This document shows, in pieces, positions 1 through 9,690 of a DNA stretch of 64,000 nt. How positions within the stretch are numbered: the first letter of the stretch is position 1; each line of letters opens with the position of its first letter. The notes beneath the pieces are model-generated. The model saw only the letters and a list, made by a program, of their open reading frames with translations, ran no database searches and was not told the DNA's origin. Origin of the DNA: Pseudomonadota bacterium. Lineage in GTDB: Bacteria > Pseudomonadota > Alphaproteobacteria > Rhizobiales > JACESI01. The stretch spans positions 2,196-66,195 of the forward strand of contig JBCDCZ010000002.1 in assembly GCA_039180865.1 (NCBI GenBank), read 5' to 3'. A program made the position numbers and the translations under genes.

Positions 1-458
1 TCCCGGTGCCGGGCGTGATGTCGGCAATCCTTGTCTCGATGGATGACAAATATCTCTACCTCAACAACTGGCTTCACGGCGATATGCGGCAATACGATAT
101 TTCCGACCCGCATAATCCGAAGCTCACCGGCCAGGTCTATATGGGCGGACTTCTCGGCAAGGCGCCAGAAGTGAACGGCGTGAAGATGGCGGGCGGGCCG
201 CAGATGTTTCAGCTCTCGCTCGATGGGCGTCGGCTTTATGTGACGACGTCCCTCTTCAGCACATGGGACAATCAGTTCTACCCTGAGATCCGCGAGCGCG
301 GCGGCGTGATGATCCTGATCGATTGCGACCCGGAAAACGGCGGCATGGCGATCAACAAGGATTTCATCGTCAATTTCGGCAAGGAACCGAACGGTCCGAG
401 CCGGTGCCATGAAATGCGCTATCCGGGCGGCGATTGCACATCCGATATCTGGCTATGA
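1..458 (+). CDS. Selenium-binding protein (SBP56/SELENBP1, methanethiol oxidase family), C-terminal part; truncated by window start
   Basis: Motifs [42 protein letters not shown] and C-terminal [15 protein letters not shown] typical of SELENBP1-like proteins. Confidence 0.9.
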   Translation, partial: PVPGVMSAILVSMDDKYLYLNNWLHGDMRQYDISDPHNPKLTGQVYMGGLLGKAPEVNGVKMAGGPQMFQLSLDGRRLYVTTSLFSTWDNQFYPEIRERGGVMILIDCDPENGGMAINKDFIVNFGKEPNGPSRCHEMRYPGGDCTSDIWL

Positions 459-853
459 CACAGTTTACCGTCACCATCGCCAATCAGGAGAACGCGGCCT
501 TCGAAGTCGATGCGCGCAAACCGCTGCTTGAAACGTTGCGGGAGCAAGGCGTCGATCTTCCCTATGGCTGCAAATATGGCGGCTGCATCACCTGTGCCGC
601 GAAGCTCATTTCCGGCGAGGTCGATCAGCGGCGGCAGGTGGCGCTTAACAATCGCCAGATCAACGACGGTTATGTGATCCTGTGCGTGGCGCGTGCCGTT
701 TCGGATATCACATTGGAAGTCGGCGTTGAAAGCCACGACAAACTCTACCGCAATCCATTTCTCGATCCGCTAGCGCCCCATGAACTCAAGGCCAATATCG
801 CAACGCCGCAAGATCAGGTTTCAGAAGCGCCATTAGAGGAGCCTTCAAATTGA
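455..853 (+). CDS. 2Fe-2S ferredoxin (plant-type) with C-terminal extension
   Basis: [13 protein letters not shown]...ILC cluster motif; ATG at 455 overlaps the upstream stop (ATGA). Confidence 0.9.
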   Translation: MTQFTVTIANQENAAFEVDARKPLLETLREQGVDLPYGCKYGGCITCAAKLISGEVDQRRQVALNNRQINDGYVILCVARAVSDITLEVGVESHDKLYRNPFLDPLAPHELKANIATPQDQVSEAPLEEPSN

Positions 854-1326
854 CCGTACTCGAAGACCTCTCGCACACAGATCACGACGTCCCCTATTCC
901 GACGATTATCTCCAGACCATCCTGAAGAGCGTCAAAACCATCGCAATGGTCGGCGCGAGCCCGGACAAGACCAAGTTTAGCTATGGCGTGCTGCGGGTTC
1001 TGCATGAAACGGGCTATGACATGATCCCGATCAATCCGCGTCCGGGCCTTGAAGAGATAAGGGGGATCAAGGTCTATCCGTCGCTTGAAGCGGTCGACCG
1101 GCCAATCGACATGGTGGAAGTCTTCCGGCGTCCGGAGGATCTCCCCGCGATTGCCGAAGAAGCCGTCGCCGTCCGCGCAAAAGTCCTCTGGGGGCAGATC
1201 GGGGTCAAAAACGCGGAAGCCGCCAGGATCGCGGAAGACGGCGGCATGAAGGTCGTGATGGACCGCTGCCCGAAGATTGAACTCTTCCGCCCATTTTGGA
1301 AACCGAGGCTGGATTTGAAGATTTGA
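850..1326 (+). CDS. CoA-binding protein (YccU-like)
   Basis: TIAMVGAS, IPINP, IDMVEVFR, LWGQIG, VVMDRCPKIE; TTG start overlapping upstream stop with GAGGAG RBS. Confidence 0.9.
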   Translation: MTVLEDLSHTDHDVPYSDDYLQTILKSVKTIAMVGASPDKTKFSYGVLRVLHETGYDMIPINPRPGLEEIRGIKVYPSLEAVDRPIDMVEVFRRPEDLPAIAEEAVAVRAKVLWGQIGVKNAEAARIAEDGGMKVVMDRCPKIELFRPFWKPRLDLKI

Positions 1327-1402
1327 GGGGGTGGTGCAACCGACCTCAGGTCAAAAAGCCAAGATTCGTCACCGAAGATGAGTGGATTGCCTCAAACGCC
1401 CC

Positions 1403-2455
1403 TTACGACCGCACCAATCCTCTATACTGAGACGGGCTCAGGCCCGTCGCCCGCTTGAAGAAACGCCGGAAGGCCCGTTCGTCCGAATATCCCGTTTCCT
1501 CCGCCACCACTTCGAACGTGATCTTCAAATCGCCCAGTATCAGCCCCTTTGCTTTCCTGAGACGCGCTTCATCGATGAGGGCGCGCATTGAGGTCCGCCT
1601 TGACGCCGCAATCCGTTGCGCGATCCGAAGGCTGATCCCGGCTTCCGCCGCGACAGCGCCTGCCGAATAATTGCCGTTCTCGACGCATATCGATGCGGCC
1701 CTTGAGAGCGATTGCAAAGCATTGCAAGCAGTTTCAATTTCGCGGTTGCGCGCAAATTCCTGCAGGTAGATGCGACCGGCTTCATACAAAATTCTGTTTT
1801 TAGCAGCGTTCGCTTCGCTCAAATCCGCTTTTTTGAAGACAAGAATTGCATCGCCGTTTGGGCGGTTAAACTGTGGCGGAGCGCCAAACATATCCTGATA
1901 GTGGGCCGAGCGCGCATGGTCTGAAAATCCGAACCCGACTTCGCTCAACATGGCATTGGGGCCCATGACGTCCCGCATCAGGCGCCACCTTAGCGCCATC
2001 CCGATTTCCTGCATGACGCCATCATTCGTTCCGTCTGCCGGATGACTGAAATGGAACGATACGAAATTCTCTGACTCGTCCAGCCATGTCTTTGTTCTAT
2101 CCGCTAGAAGCCTGCTGTAATGGTGAAAAATCTCAAGAGCGTGAAGCCCCGTTGGAGCAAACTTCGCCGCCTTCTCAAGACCTCCAAAGTACAAATACGA
2201 TGTGCTGTTCGCGATCTGGAGCGTTGGCGCCGCAAAGGACTGAGAGTCAAAGAGGCTCAAAATAATCCGCGCCGGCAGACCTTCAGATACCCTGTTATCG
2301 GTCCCAAGAATCTCAGATGTCGAAACCCCTGCGACGGCCTCGAGATCTTCAACCGGAACACCGTTCCCGAGAGCAAAAGCGATCGCCGGTGCCAATATCG
2401 TCGATGAAACGGTCGGCTTGGGAATGTCTGCGGTCGGGGTTGTGTGATAACCCAT
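1403..2455 (-). CDS. AraC-family transcriptional regulator
   Basis: C-terminal VAEETGYSDERAFRRFFKRATGLSPSQYR HTH; OruR-like N-terminal domain. Confidence 0.88.
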   Translation of the reverse strand: MGYHTTPTADIPKPTVSSTILAPAIAFALGNGVPVEDLEAVAGVSTSEILGTDNRVSEGLPARIILSLFDSQSFAAPTLQIANSTSYLYFGGLEKAAKFAPTGLHALEIFHHYSRLLADRTKTWLDESENFVSFHFSHPADGTNDGVMQEIGMALRWRLMRDVMGPNAMLSEVGFGFSDHARSAHYQDMFGAPPQFNRPNGDAILVFKKADLSEANAAKNRILYEAGRIYLQEFARNREIETACNALQSLSRAASICVENGNYSAGAVAAEAGISLRIAQRIAASRRTSMRALIDEARLRKAKGLILGDLKITFEVVAEETGYSDERAFRRFFKRATGLSPSQYRGLVRS

Positions 2456-2903
2456 TCTACGCGTCCTCCTTCACGGGGCGAGCGTGAATCGCTGACGCGC
2501 AAAGGAAAGCGCCCGAGATGCGTTGCAGTCAGAATGTAAGTGAAACAGGTCTTTCGCCCGGCTGGGTTCAAAGAGCGCTTGATCCATGGGACAATCCCTC
2601 TGTCACGTTGCACAACCCCAAGAATGCCGTAACGGCAGTCGTGTAACGAAAAGAAATCTTACGATATCGCGCCCTGTAACCGCAGACCGTAAACTGTCCC
2701 ATCGGACGGTGTAATGGGTCCTTCCGTCGCACGCTCTTTTGGCTACGATGTTTGCGGCTGGGATTGAAACAAACGGGGCCGGTTCTTTTCTTCGTTAATG
2801 GCTCACTCCCAAATATGAGGGAAGACTGGCCTCGTCTGTTTCTTAATGCCGTCCCAGCACCATCCTCTCGTGCTTGTCGGCCTTCCCCATGTTCGAAGAC
2901 ACG

Positions 2904-3662
2904 TCAAAGAAACGTTTGCGCGAAATAGACGAGCGACAGGATCAGTCCGAAGATAATAACGATGGCGCGCAGATAGCGGGCATTGACGTGCTTTGCCAAA
3001 CGGCCGCCCGTATAGCCGCCGACGGTGCTTCCGACCATCATAGCAATCGCCTGCGGCCAGGCAATCAATCCCCCAATCCCGAAGACCAGGATGCTCAGGA
3101 TCGTGAAGCTCGTCGCAAGAAGGTTCTTGATGCTGTTTGCGGTGTGAAAATCAGAGAAGCCGAGAAGCTGCGCGATCGCAAGAAGGATGATCCCGAGGCC
3201 CGCACCGAAATAGCCACCATAGATTGAGGATAGGAACAATGCAGCGTAGATCGCCATCGTGCCACGCCCCTCGCCCATGGCATTGAGCACCCACGCGCGC
3301 AGAGTATCACCGAATGCAAAGAGGCCGGTCGCAAGAAGAATAAGCAAGGGAATGAGCCGGACGAAAAGCTCCGGATCGGAGGCAAGGAGCAGGACCGAGC
3401 CTGCAACCGCCCCAAGACCGGATACCAAAAGGAGCGGCAGAAGCTGTCTGCCAAGATCGCGCAATTCCTCCCGATAGGCCGGAAGGGCTGCTGCGTTCGA
3501 CGGCAGAAGCGCAAGATAGTTCGTCGCATTCGCCACCACAGGCGGCAAACCGGCAGCCATGAGAGCGGGGAAGGTAAAGAGCGTCGCACCGCCCGCAATC
3601 GCATTCCACGCGCCGCCGAATAGGCCAATTCCGATCAGAACAATTGCCTGTGTCGCATCCAT
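2904..3662 (-). CDS. TauE/SafE sulfite exporter family membrane protein
   Basis: NAIAGGATLFTFPAL, ANATN, YGGYFGAGLG motifs; multiple hydrophobic helices. Confidence 0.9.
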   Translation of the reverse strand: MDATQAIVLIGIGLFGGAWNAIAGGATLFTFPALMAAGLPPVVANATNYLALLPSNAAALPAYREELRDLGRQLLPLLLVSGLGAVAGSVLLLASDPELFVRLIPLLILLATGLFAFGDTLRAWVLNAMGEGRGTMAIYAALFLSSIYGGYFGAGLGIILLAIAQLLGFSDFHTANSIKNLLATSFTILSILVFGIGGLIAWPQAIAMMVGSTVGGYTGGRLAKHVNARYLRAIVIIFGLILSLVYFAQTFL

Positions 3663-3737
3663 GATGGGTCCTCCGATTTTTATCGGACCCTATGGCTTTG
3701 CTTGATTTCGAAAAAACGAATAAATACGATTGTTGCC

Positions 3738-4598
3738 ATGAACAAAAACGAACGCCTGCCCATCGACTCCGATCTCCTGCAAACCTTTGTGAAGATTGCG
3801 GAATGCGGAAATCTTACGCTTGCCGCATACAGGATCGGACGCACCCAGTCGGCGATCAGCGTTCAGCTTCGCAAGCTTGAAAGGGGCCTCGAAACTGTGC
3901 TCTTCGTGCGAACGGCGAAGGGGATGAGCTTGACCCCGGCTGGAGAGACCCTGCTTTCCCATGCCAAGCCAATCCTTGCCGAAATCAGAGAAACCGCCAA
4001 TCTCTTTCGGGAGCCCCTGACCGGATCGATCCGTGTTGGCCTTCCCGACGATTTCGACGAATGTGTCCTGGAACTCATCCTCGCGGAGTTTTCAAAATCT
4101 CATCCGGGCGTGCAGGTACTGGCGAAATCCGGATGCACGTCGGGTTATGCCGCGTCGCTGAAAACAGGAGAGCTGGATGTTGCCGTTTGCTCGGGCCTTG
4201 AGGATCCGGGCGGTGAGCCCCTCAACGCGGAGCCGATTGTCTGGGCCACAAGAGAAGGAAGAACCTGGCCCAAGGACGAACCCGTGCCGTTAGCGCTCCT
4301 CGATCGCCCGTGCTATTGGCGCGATCTCCCGGCCAAGACTTTGGGTACAGCCGGTAGAGAGCACCGGGTCGCCTTTCAAAGCAGCAGTTTTACAAGTCTT
4401 CAGGCTTCGCTAAGGGCTGGGCTTGCGGTCGGGCTCTTGCCGCAATCTTGTGTGGGTGACGGCATAAAGGTGCTCTCCCGAGCGGAGGGCTTTCCAGATC
4501 TCCCGATCACCCGCCGGTCCATTCTCTCCTCCCCGCACGCACCGGAATCGCTGACACGCGCAATGGGCGACGCGATCCGCAATGCGACGCTTAGATAA
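3738..4598 (+). CDS. LysR-family regulator divergent from the TauE gene
   Basis: LLQTFVKIAECGNLTLAA..IGRTQSAISVQLRKLE HTH. Confidence 0.93.
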   Translation: MNKNERLPIDSDLLQTFVKIAECGNLTLAAYRIGRTQSAISVQLRKLERGLETVLFVRTAKGMSLTPAGETLLSHAKPILAEIRETANLFREPLTGSIRVGLPDDFDECVLELILAEFSKSHPGVQVLAKSGCTSGYAASLKTGELDVAVCSGLEDPGGEPLNAEPIVWATREGRTWPKDEPVPLALLDRPCYWRDLPAKTLGTAGREHRVAFQSSSFTSLQASLRAGLAVGLLPQSCVGDGIKVLSRAEGFPDLPITRRSILSSPHAPESLTRAMGDAIRNATLR

Positions 4599-4684
4599 TC
4601 CGGTCTGTCATTTAAGCGTTTGTTTGTTCTGAAAGAAGTCGTCGAAAACCAATAGTTTGGCCTTTGCAGCGGGCTATTTTCAAC

Positions 4685-5119
4685 CTACCGGTGCATCTCT
4701 TCCGCACTATCCGGCATGATGAAGCGGTCAGCGGGAATGGCGGCAATTGTGGTGATCTCGATCAACAATTTTGGGTCATAAAGCGATGACACTTCCAAAG
4801 TGGTTGTCACGGGAAACGGAGCTTTGAAAAAACGCGCCCTGATCTCACCGCACTGCATGAAGGCTTGAATGTCCGTCGTGAACTGCTGGAGCGACACGAT
4901 ATCGCTCATCCTTCCACCCATCGCATTAAGGATATCAGAAATGTTCATCAAGACCTGTTCGACCTGCGCGGCCATATCCCCCTCACCGACGATCTCTCCA
5001 TCCTGGCGAAGCGCAACCTGCCCCTTCAGGTAAACAGTCTTCTCATCGCCCGTAATGACGGCCTGAGAGAACGCCCCGAAAGGCGCCCAGACATTGGGCG
5101 GGTTGACGCTTGTTGCCAT
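4685..5119 (-). CDS. RidA/YjgF/UK114 family protein
   Basis: FSQAV, YLKGQVA, R.RFF..PFPVTT.LEV..L...LLIEI. Confidence 0.88.
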   Translation of the reverse strand: MATSVNPPNVWAPFGAFSQAVITGDEKTVYLKGQVALRQDGEIVGEGDMAAQVEQVLMNISDILNAMGGRMSDIVSLQQFTTDIQAFMQCGEIRARFFKAPFPVTTTLEVSSLYDPKLLIEITTIAAIPADRFIMPDSAEEMHR

Positions 5120-5358
5120 GGTGCGGGCTCTTTATTCTGTTGGGTTTCTGCGATCCGGTTTTCCCAAACGCGATCACCAGATGGAATCCGTAGAAGCGCT
5201 GGTCAGTCCAAAGAGCTTCACAGTTGGACAAGGCATTCCCCCGACAAGATGTAGCCTCCACCACCGCTCTTCGCCTTCTTGCGGTCTTGTGTAATCCACC
5301 TCTCGAAAACCATCGTACAAATGCTTAGATAAGCACCACAGGTCTTCCGGAGCTTTCC

Positions 5359-5691
5359 ATGGCCGACGCAGGCGTATCGACGATACTAGTTCTCATTGGG
5401 ATCACTGGCTTCATCGGCTTGGCGGTGGCGGCATGGCCTTATGTCGCGAGGATCAAGCCTGAAAACGAGCCGATGCTTGGCTCCCATTTCGTTTTCCTGT
5501 CGGTCCTTTTTATCGGTGCGGCTGTCGTGTTCGCAGTCTCTGTCAGCCTTATCACGTCGCTTGGCCTCGGCGCTTACATGGCAAACTGGCTGTCCCAGCT
5601 GGTACTTTTGGCGTTGGTGTTCACGCCCGCATTTTACTCAGCGAAACTTGCAGTCCGCGTTCCGATGGCCGAGCGGGATCTGCCGGAATAG
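5359..5691 (+). CDS. Small hypothetical membrane protein (about 3 TM)
   Basis: Three hydrophobic stretches; GGAG RBS upstream. Confidence 0.6.
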   Translation: MADAGVSTILVLIGITGFIGLAVAAWPYVARIKPENEPMLGSHFVFLSVLFIGAAVVFAVSVSLITSLGLGAYMANWLSQLVLLALVFTPAFYSAKLAVRVPMAERDLPE

Positions 5692-5765
5692 GCGAAGCAC
5701 CCCCCGTCTACCGCGCCCTCACCTCAATTCATGCAAACCGCTTTCAAAAGGCTCCGGCACCCGCC

Positions 5766-6125
5766 TCAGGCTTGACTGAACACCTTGTTGGTGATCCGCC
5801 ACTCGCCCTCAAACTTCAAGAGGGTGAAGTAGTCGACAAAATCGTATCCATGCCAGTTCGAAATAGCGACCCGGGCGGTCGCGACGCCGTTACTCTCGTC
5901 CACACGTGTCGTCTCCCAATTGAGTTGAGGAGCATCCTCGTGCTCATCGACATAATCGTAAAGAAGTGCCATAGGCCCCGCGAAGAGTGCGCCATCGAGA
6001 TACCCGTAGATCTGAGCATCCGGATGCATCACCGCACGCATCAAAGCGCTGTCACCAAGAATAGCGCCGCGGGCATATTCCCTGAGACAATGTTGGATAC
6101 CGTCGTTGGTTAAGAGTGTCGTCAT
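5766..6125 (-). CDS. NTF2-like putative lumazine-binding family protein
   Basis: FVDYFTLLKFEGEWRITNKVF C-terminal motif. Confidence 0.85.
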   Translation of the reverse strand: MTTLLTNDGIQHCLREYARGAILGDSALMRAVMHPDAQIYGYLDGALFAGPMALLYDYVDEHEDAPQLNWETTRVDESNGVATARVAISNWHGYDFVDYFTLLKFEGEWRITNKVFSQA

Positions 6126-6252
6126 GCTCTAGCCTTCCTGTTGGTGATGCAGGAAAGCTAGCCATTCAATTGGGCCCGTGCAGGTTGAGCCCGCATCCTG
6201 GGATTGGTTATCCCATGTTGCGCGGTTCCGGCTCACTTTATAGGTTTCCTCG

Positions 6253-7071
6253 ATGGACGCACCTCACCTATCTCAAAAAGGCCGGTCAGAGCGATTGCTG
6301 GAATTATCCGTGTTCCTGCGCCATATGCGCACCCGCGCGGCACCGGTTCCCGATGAGGCCGATCGGCGGCGCACCCGTCGAACGCGGGGCTTGCGGCGCG
6401 AAGAGGTTGCCGCGCGCGCTGGCATCAGCACTGACTGGTACACCCGTATTGAACAGGGACGGGACGTCAATCCGTCATCGGAAGTCCTCGACGCCCTCAG
6501 CGACGCGCTGGAACTGAGCGTGTCGGAACGGGATCACCTCCTCGCACTGACGGATACGACGCAAGGTCACCTGATCGGGCCGCCAAACCATGCGTCAGGT
6601 CTTACACTTCTCGCCGATCAGATGCCAACAGCTCCGGCATTCGTCCTCGACCCGTCATGGACCGTTCTTCATCAGAACCAGGCGAGCATCGCGCAATTCG
6701 GCGACTGGTCGCGTGACACGGACGGTTCGTCCAACTTCCTCGTACGCTTCTTTACCGATCCATTGATGACGAACGGGATCGAAGACTGGACCCGGCACGC
6801 AAAGCTGACTGTGAGGCAATACAGAGCTGTCTTCGCGAAACGAATTGATGATCCTGCGGTTCGGGACGTCGTGCGCTCTTTATCGAAAGACTCGCCGGAC
6901 TTTGCGGATTGGTGGGCCGGGGCCGACGTTGCCGGAAAGGACGACGGTGTCAAAGTCTTCGTCAATGCGAAGGGTGAAAGGACGACGTTTGATTACGTCA
7001 TGGTGCGGCACTGCGAGGCAAGCGACTGCGAACTGATTGCCTTCATTCCAAGAACCGGGGTGCAGGGCTAG
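6253..7071 (+). CDS. XRE HTH / MmyB-like transcriptional regulator
   Basis: RRTRGLRREEVA.RAGIS.DWY.RIEQGR..NPS; PAFVLD..W.VL..N ligand-binding domain. Confidence 0.9.
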   Translation: MDAPHLSQKGRSERLLELSVFLRHMRTRAAPVPDEADRRRTRRTRGLRREEVAARAGISTDWYTRIEQGRDVNPSSEVLDALSDALELSVSERDHLLALTDTTQGHLIGPPNHASGLTLLADQMPTAPAFVLDPSWTVLHQNQASIAQFGDWSRDTDGSSNFLVRFFTDPLMTNGIEDWTRHAKLTVRQYRAVFAKRIDDPAVRDVVRSLSKDSPDFADWWAGADVAGKDDGVKVFVNAKGERTTFDYVMVRHCEASDCELIAFIPRTGVQG

Positions 7072-7172
7072 ATTGCGCCACTATGCCTTTACGCAAAGCG
7101 CTCTTCCGGCGTAGCATCCATTCTTAAGCTGCTACAAGCCTAACAGAGGCATTTTCCAAAAAGTCGAAACGT

Positions 7173-8030
7173 CTAGATTTGCACCGCGCTTTTAAACCCC
7201 GCAGATAGCACCTTTAAAACGTTCTGCGGATGGCCGTAATTGACCCTTGTGTGAAGCACGATCGGTGAACGCGGGAGGTCCGGAAGGCCCAATCGAGCGC
7301 CGACATCCACGGCACCGAACGGCAACATACGCCGCGCAAGGGCAGCAATACCAAGTTCCGCCATGACCGCCGCGCTGACAGCTGCAACACCGCCGCCAAC
7401 GAAGATCTCAGCCCATTTGATACCGGCCTGATCGAGCAACTCACAGGCCATCGTTCTGACACCGCAGGGTTCGGGCATGGTGGCAATCGGCAGTGGCTCC
7501 CCTTCCCTATGATGCCAGCCGGGCGCTGCGAACCATCCGAACCGGTCTTCGGCAAGGACGACACCATCCTCTCTTTCTACGGTTTTACGAACGATCACCG
7601 TGTCGAATTCCCGGCAGTCGAATCGCTTCAGCAAGTCCGCGCTGGACCCGATCTGAAGCTCGATTACCACATGCGGATCCTGTGCATTCATGCGTGCGAT
7701 CAGGGCCGGAAGGTCCGGGCCCGCAACATGGTCGCTGATAGCGATGGTGAGCCGGTGCCGCGATCTCGAGAGCTCAACGAACGCGCGGTCGTGAACCTCC
7801 AAAAGCTGACGGGCATAGGTGAGGAAGACGGATCCCCGCGCCGACAGTTCCACATAGCGGGGCGTGCGCTCGATGAGCTTGCATCCCAAGCGCTCTTCCA
7901 GCCGCTTCAGTTTCAGGCTGACAGCCGATTGCGTGGTTCCCGTTGCTTCGGCTGCCTGCGTGAAACTTCCAAGTTCCGCGATCCGGACAAAGGCCTGAAC
8001 GGCATCGAGATCCAAAGGGCGACCCATCAT
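7173..8030 (-). CDS. LysR-family regulator
   Basis: LDAVQAFVRIAELGSFTQAA...TTQSAVSLKLKRLEERLG. Confidence 0.93.
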   Translation of the reverse strand: MMGRPLDLDAVQAFVRIAELGSFTQAAEATGTTQSAVSLKLKRLEERLGCKLIERTPRYVELSARGSVFLTYARQLLEVHDRAFVELSRSRHRLTIAISDHVAGPDLPALIARMNAQDPHVVIELQIGSSADLLKRFDCREFDTVIVRKTVEREDGVVLAEDRFGWFAAPGWHHREGEPLPIATMPEPCGVRTMACELLDQAGIKWAEIFVGGGVAAVSAAVMAELGIAALARRMLPFGAVDVGARLGLPDLPRSPIVLHTRVNYGHPQNVLKVLSAGFKSAVQI

Positions 8031-8123
8031 TTCATTTTCTCATAATAACTATCATTATCTATTTCACTTCTTAATCTCTATCTTCAAATGAAAGGAAAGC
8101 CAACCCGATTGAAAGGACAGATC

Positions 8124-8504
8124 ATGCCCCTCATCCGTGTCTCTCTGCGCAAAGGAAAATCCGACGCCTACAAACAAGCGATCTTCGACGGTGTCTATCA
8201 GGCAATGCGCGACATGTTCGATGTGCCGGAGGACGATCAATTCATGACTTTGAGCGAGCATGATTCTGCAGACTTCCGCTACAGCGCCACCTATCTTGAT
8301 GTGCCGAGAAGCGAAGACGTCGTCTTCATTCAGATCACGGCGAACAACACACGGAGCCTTGAGCAGAAGAAGGCGTTTTACAAACGGATGGCAGACTTAC
8401 TTGGCGACAATCCCGGCCTTCGCTCGGAAGATCTGCTCATAAGCCTTGTTGAAGTCTCAAAAGAGAACTGGTCGCTTGGTTACGGCCTCGCACAATATGC
8501 GTGA
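8124..8504 (+). CDS. Tautomerase family protein (N-terminal Pro, YusQ/MSAD-like)
   Basis: MPLIRVSL start after GAAAGGA RBS; FIQIT....RS.EQKKAFY; ENWSLG.G.AQY. Confidence 0.88.
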   Translation: MPLIRVSLRKGKSDAYKQAIFDGVYQAMRDMFDVPEDDQFMTLSEHDSADFRYSATYLDVPRSEDVVFIQITANNTRSLEQKKAFYKRMADLLGDNPGLRSEDLLISLVEVSKENWSLGYGLAQYA

Positions 8505-8558
8505 GCACCCTGACCCACTTATCCCATGAAGCCTCGCTACCGCCGAGCTTCAGCCCGA

Positions 8559-8595
8559 CCCGCGCCGGAAACCCAACCATGGCGCGGGCTTTTTG
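8559..8595 (+). terminator. Putative intrinsic terminator
   Basis: CCCGCGCC...GGCGCGGG stem followed by CTTTTTG, between convergent genes. Confidence 0.55.
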
Positions 8596-8659
8596 TATTT
8601 TATGGCTTCTGCTGAAACGAAGCCTTCCCTTGCTGGCTCACCTCAGCCAACCGGCCGAC

Positions 8660-9475
8660 CTAGGCTGCGTCTCTCACACGCTTGAAAAGCTGCTCGGCCT
8701 TATCCGGCGAGCCGGTCATGCTGTAGCATTCGGCAAGACCAATCGCGACAAGGAGCGTATCGGGATGTTTTGGACCAAGCTCGCGCTCCATAATTTCCAG
8801 CGCGCGCACGTAAAGCGGTCTCGCTTCGTGATACCGCCCGGTTTGAGTATATAGAAAAGCAAGGCTCTTCATATTGCTTGCACCGACATGGTTTTCCAAT
8901 GCCGGATCCCGGTCAATGGCGTCAACTCCGCGTTTATAAAGCGCTTCGGCATCGCTCGGACGCCCGGAGTACTGATAAATAAAGGCAAGACTGGTTACGC
9001 TCTCAAGTGTGTCGGGATGATCCGGTCCAAGCACCCGTTCACGGGCTTCGAGGGCTTGCTCTACAAGTCGCATCCCCTTCCTGCGCTGGTCGACATCCCA
9101 ATAATGAAGCCCAAGATTATGGACGCTCAACAATGTTTTCGGATGATCCGGGCCGCGCACCCGCTCGCGGACCTCATGAACGCGTTTATAAAGCCTACCG
9201 GCAGCCTCATCCCGACCAACCATCCTGTAATAACCGGCGAGAGTGTCTGCGGCGGCAAGCGTTTCAGAATGCTCGGGACCATAGGTTTTCTCGGCATTTT
9301 CCAAAGCTTCTTTGCCCCGCCTGATCGCCTCGTCGGTTCGCCCCGCTCGATGGGCATCGCTGATGGTCTGATAGGCCCCCCAGACTGCCGTCTCGTCGGA
9401 TGTGTCGGTGGCCACCACAAATCCGCCCGAAATGAACGCCAACAACAGACAGGCATAAATTAAACGTCGAGGCAT
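8660..9475 (-). CDS. Exported tetratricopeptide-repeat protein (kinesin-light-chain-type TPRs)
   Basis: Repeats ALE.RERVLGPDHPDTL; N-terminal hydrophobic signal/anchor. Confidence 0.85.
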   Translation of the reverse strand: MPRRLIYACLLLAFISGGFVVATDTSDETAVWGAYQTISDAHRAGRTDEAIRRGKEALENAEKTYGPEHSETLAAADTLAGYYRMVGRDEAAGRLYKRVHEVRERVRGPDHPKTLLSVHNLGLHYWDVDQRRKGMRLVEQALEARERVLGPDHPDTLESVTSLAFIYQYSGRPSDAEALYKRGVDAIDRDPALENHVGASNMKSLAFLYTQTGRYHEARPLYVRALEIMERELGPKHPDTLLVAIGLAECYSMTGSPDKAEQLFKRVRDAA

Positions 9476-9690
9476 CGCTATCTTTCCGAATATTCACTTT
9501 GTCTAAAAATATGATTGGACTGACATAATTACAGAAGGCGGCAGCAAGGAGAATAGGTGTTTCGTCATAGGATGCGGGCTCCGCCATTCGCCTTTTTGAC
9601 CCCCGCCCGGAAGCAGAGATCGGCGTGACCAAGCGTTGGGGAGGCTTTTGGCGGCGAGCGTGGCACTCCGGCTTACCATCACACTATTCA

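Noticed and set aside
2456-2903. Long intergenic region as a riboswitch or sRNA
   Set aside because: No recognisable Rfam-type motif by eye; an Infernal search would be needed. The same applies to 26531-26906, 31254-31650 and 35790-36330.
5043-5294. Possible gene remnant upstream of the first ridA
   Set aside because: Short overlapping ORFs without a convincing family motif or RBS.
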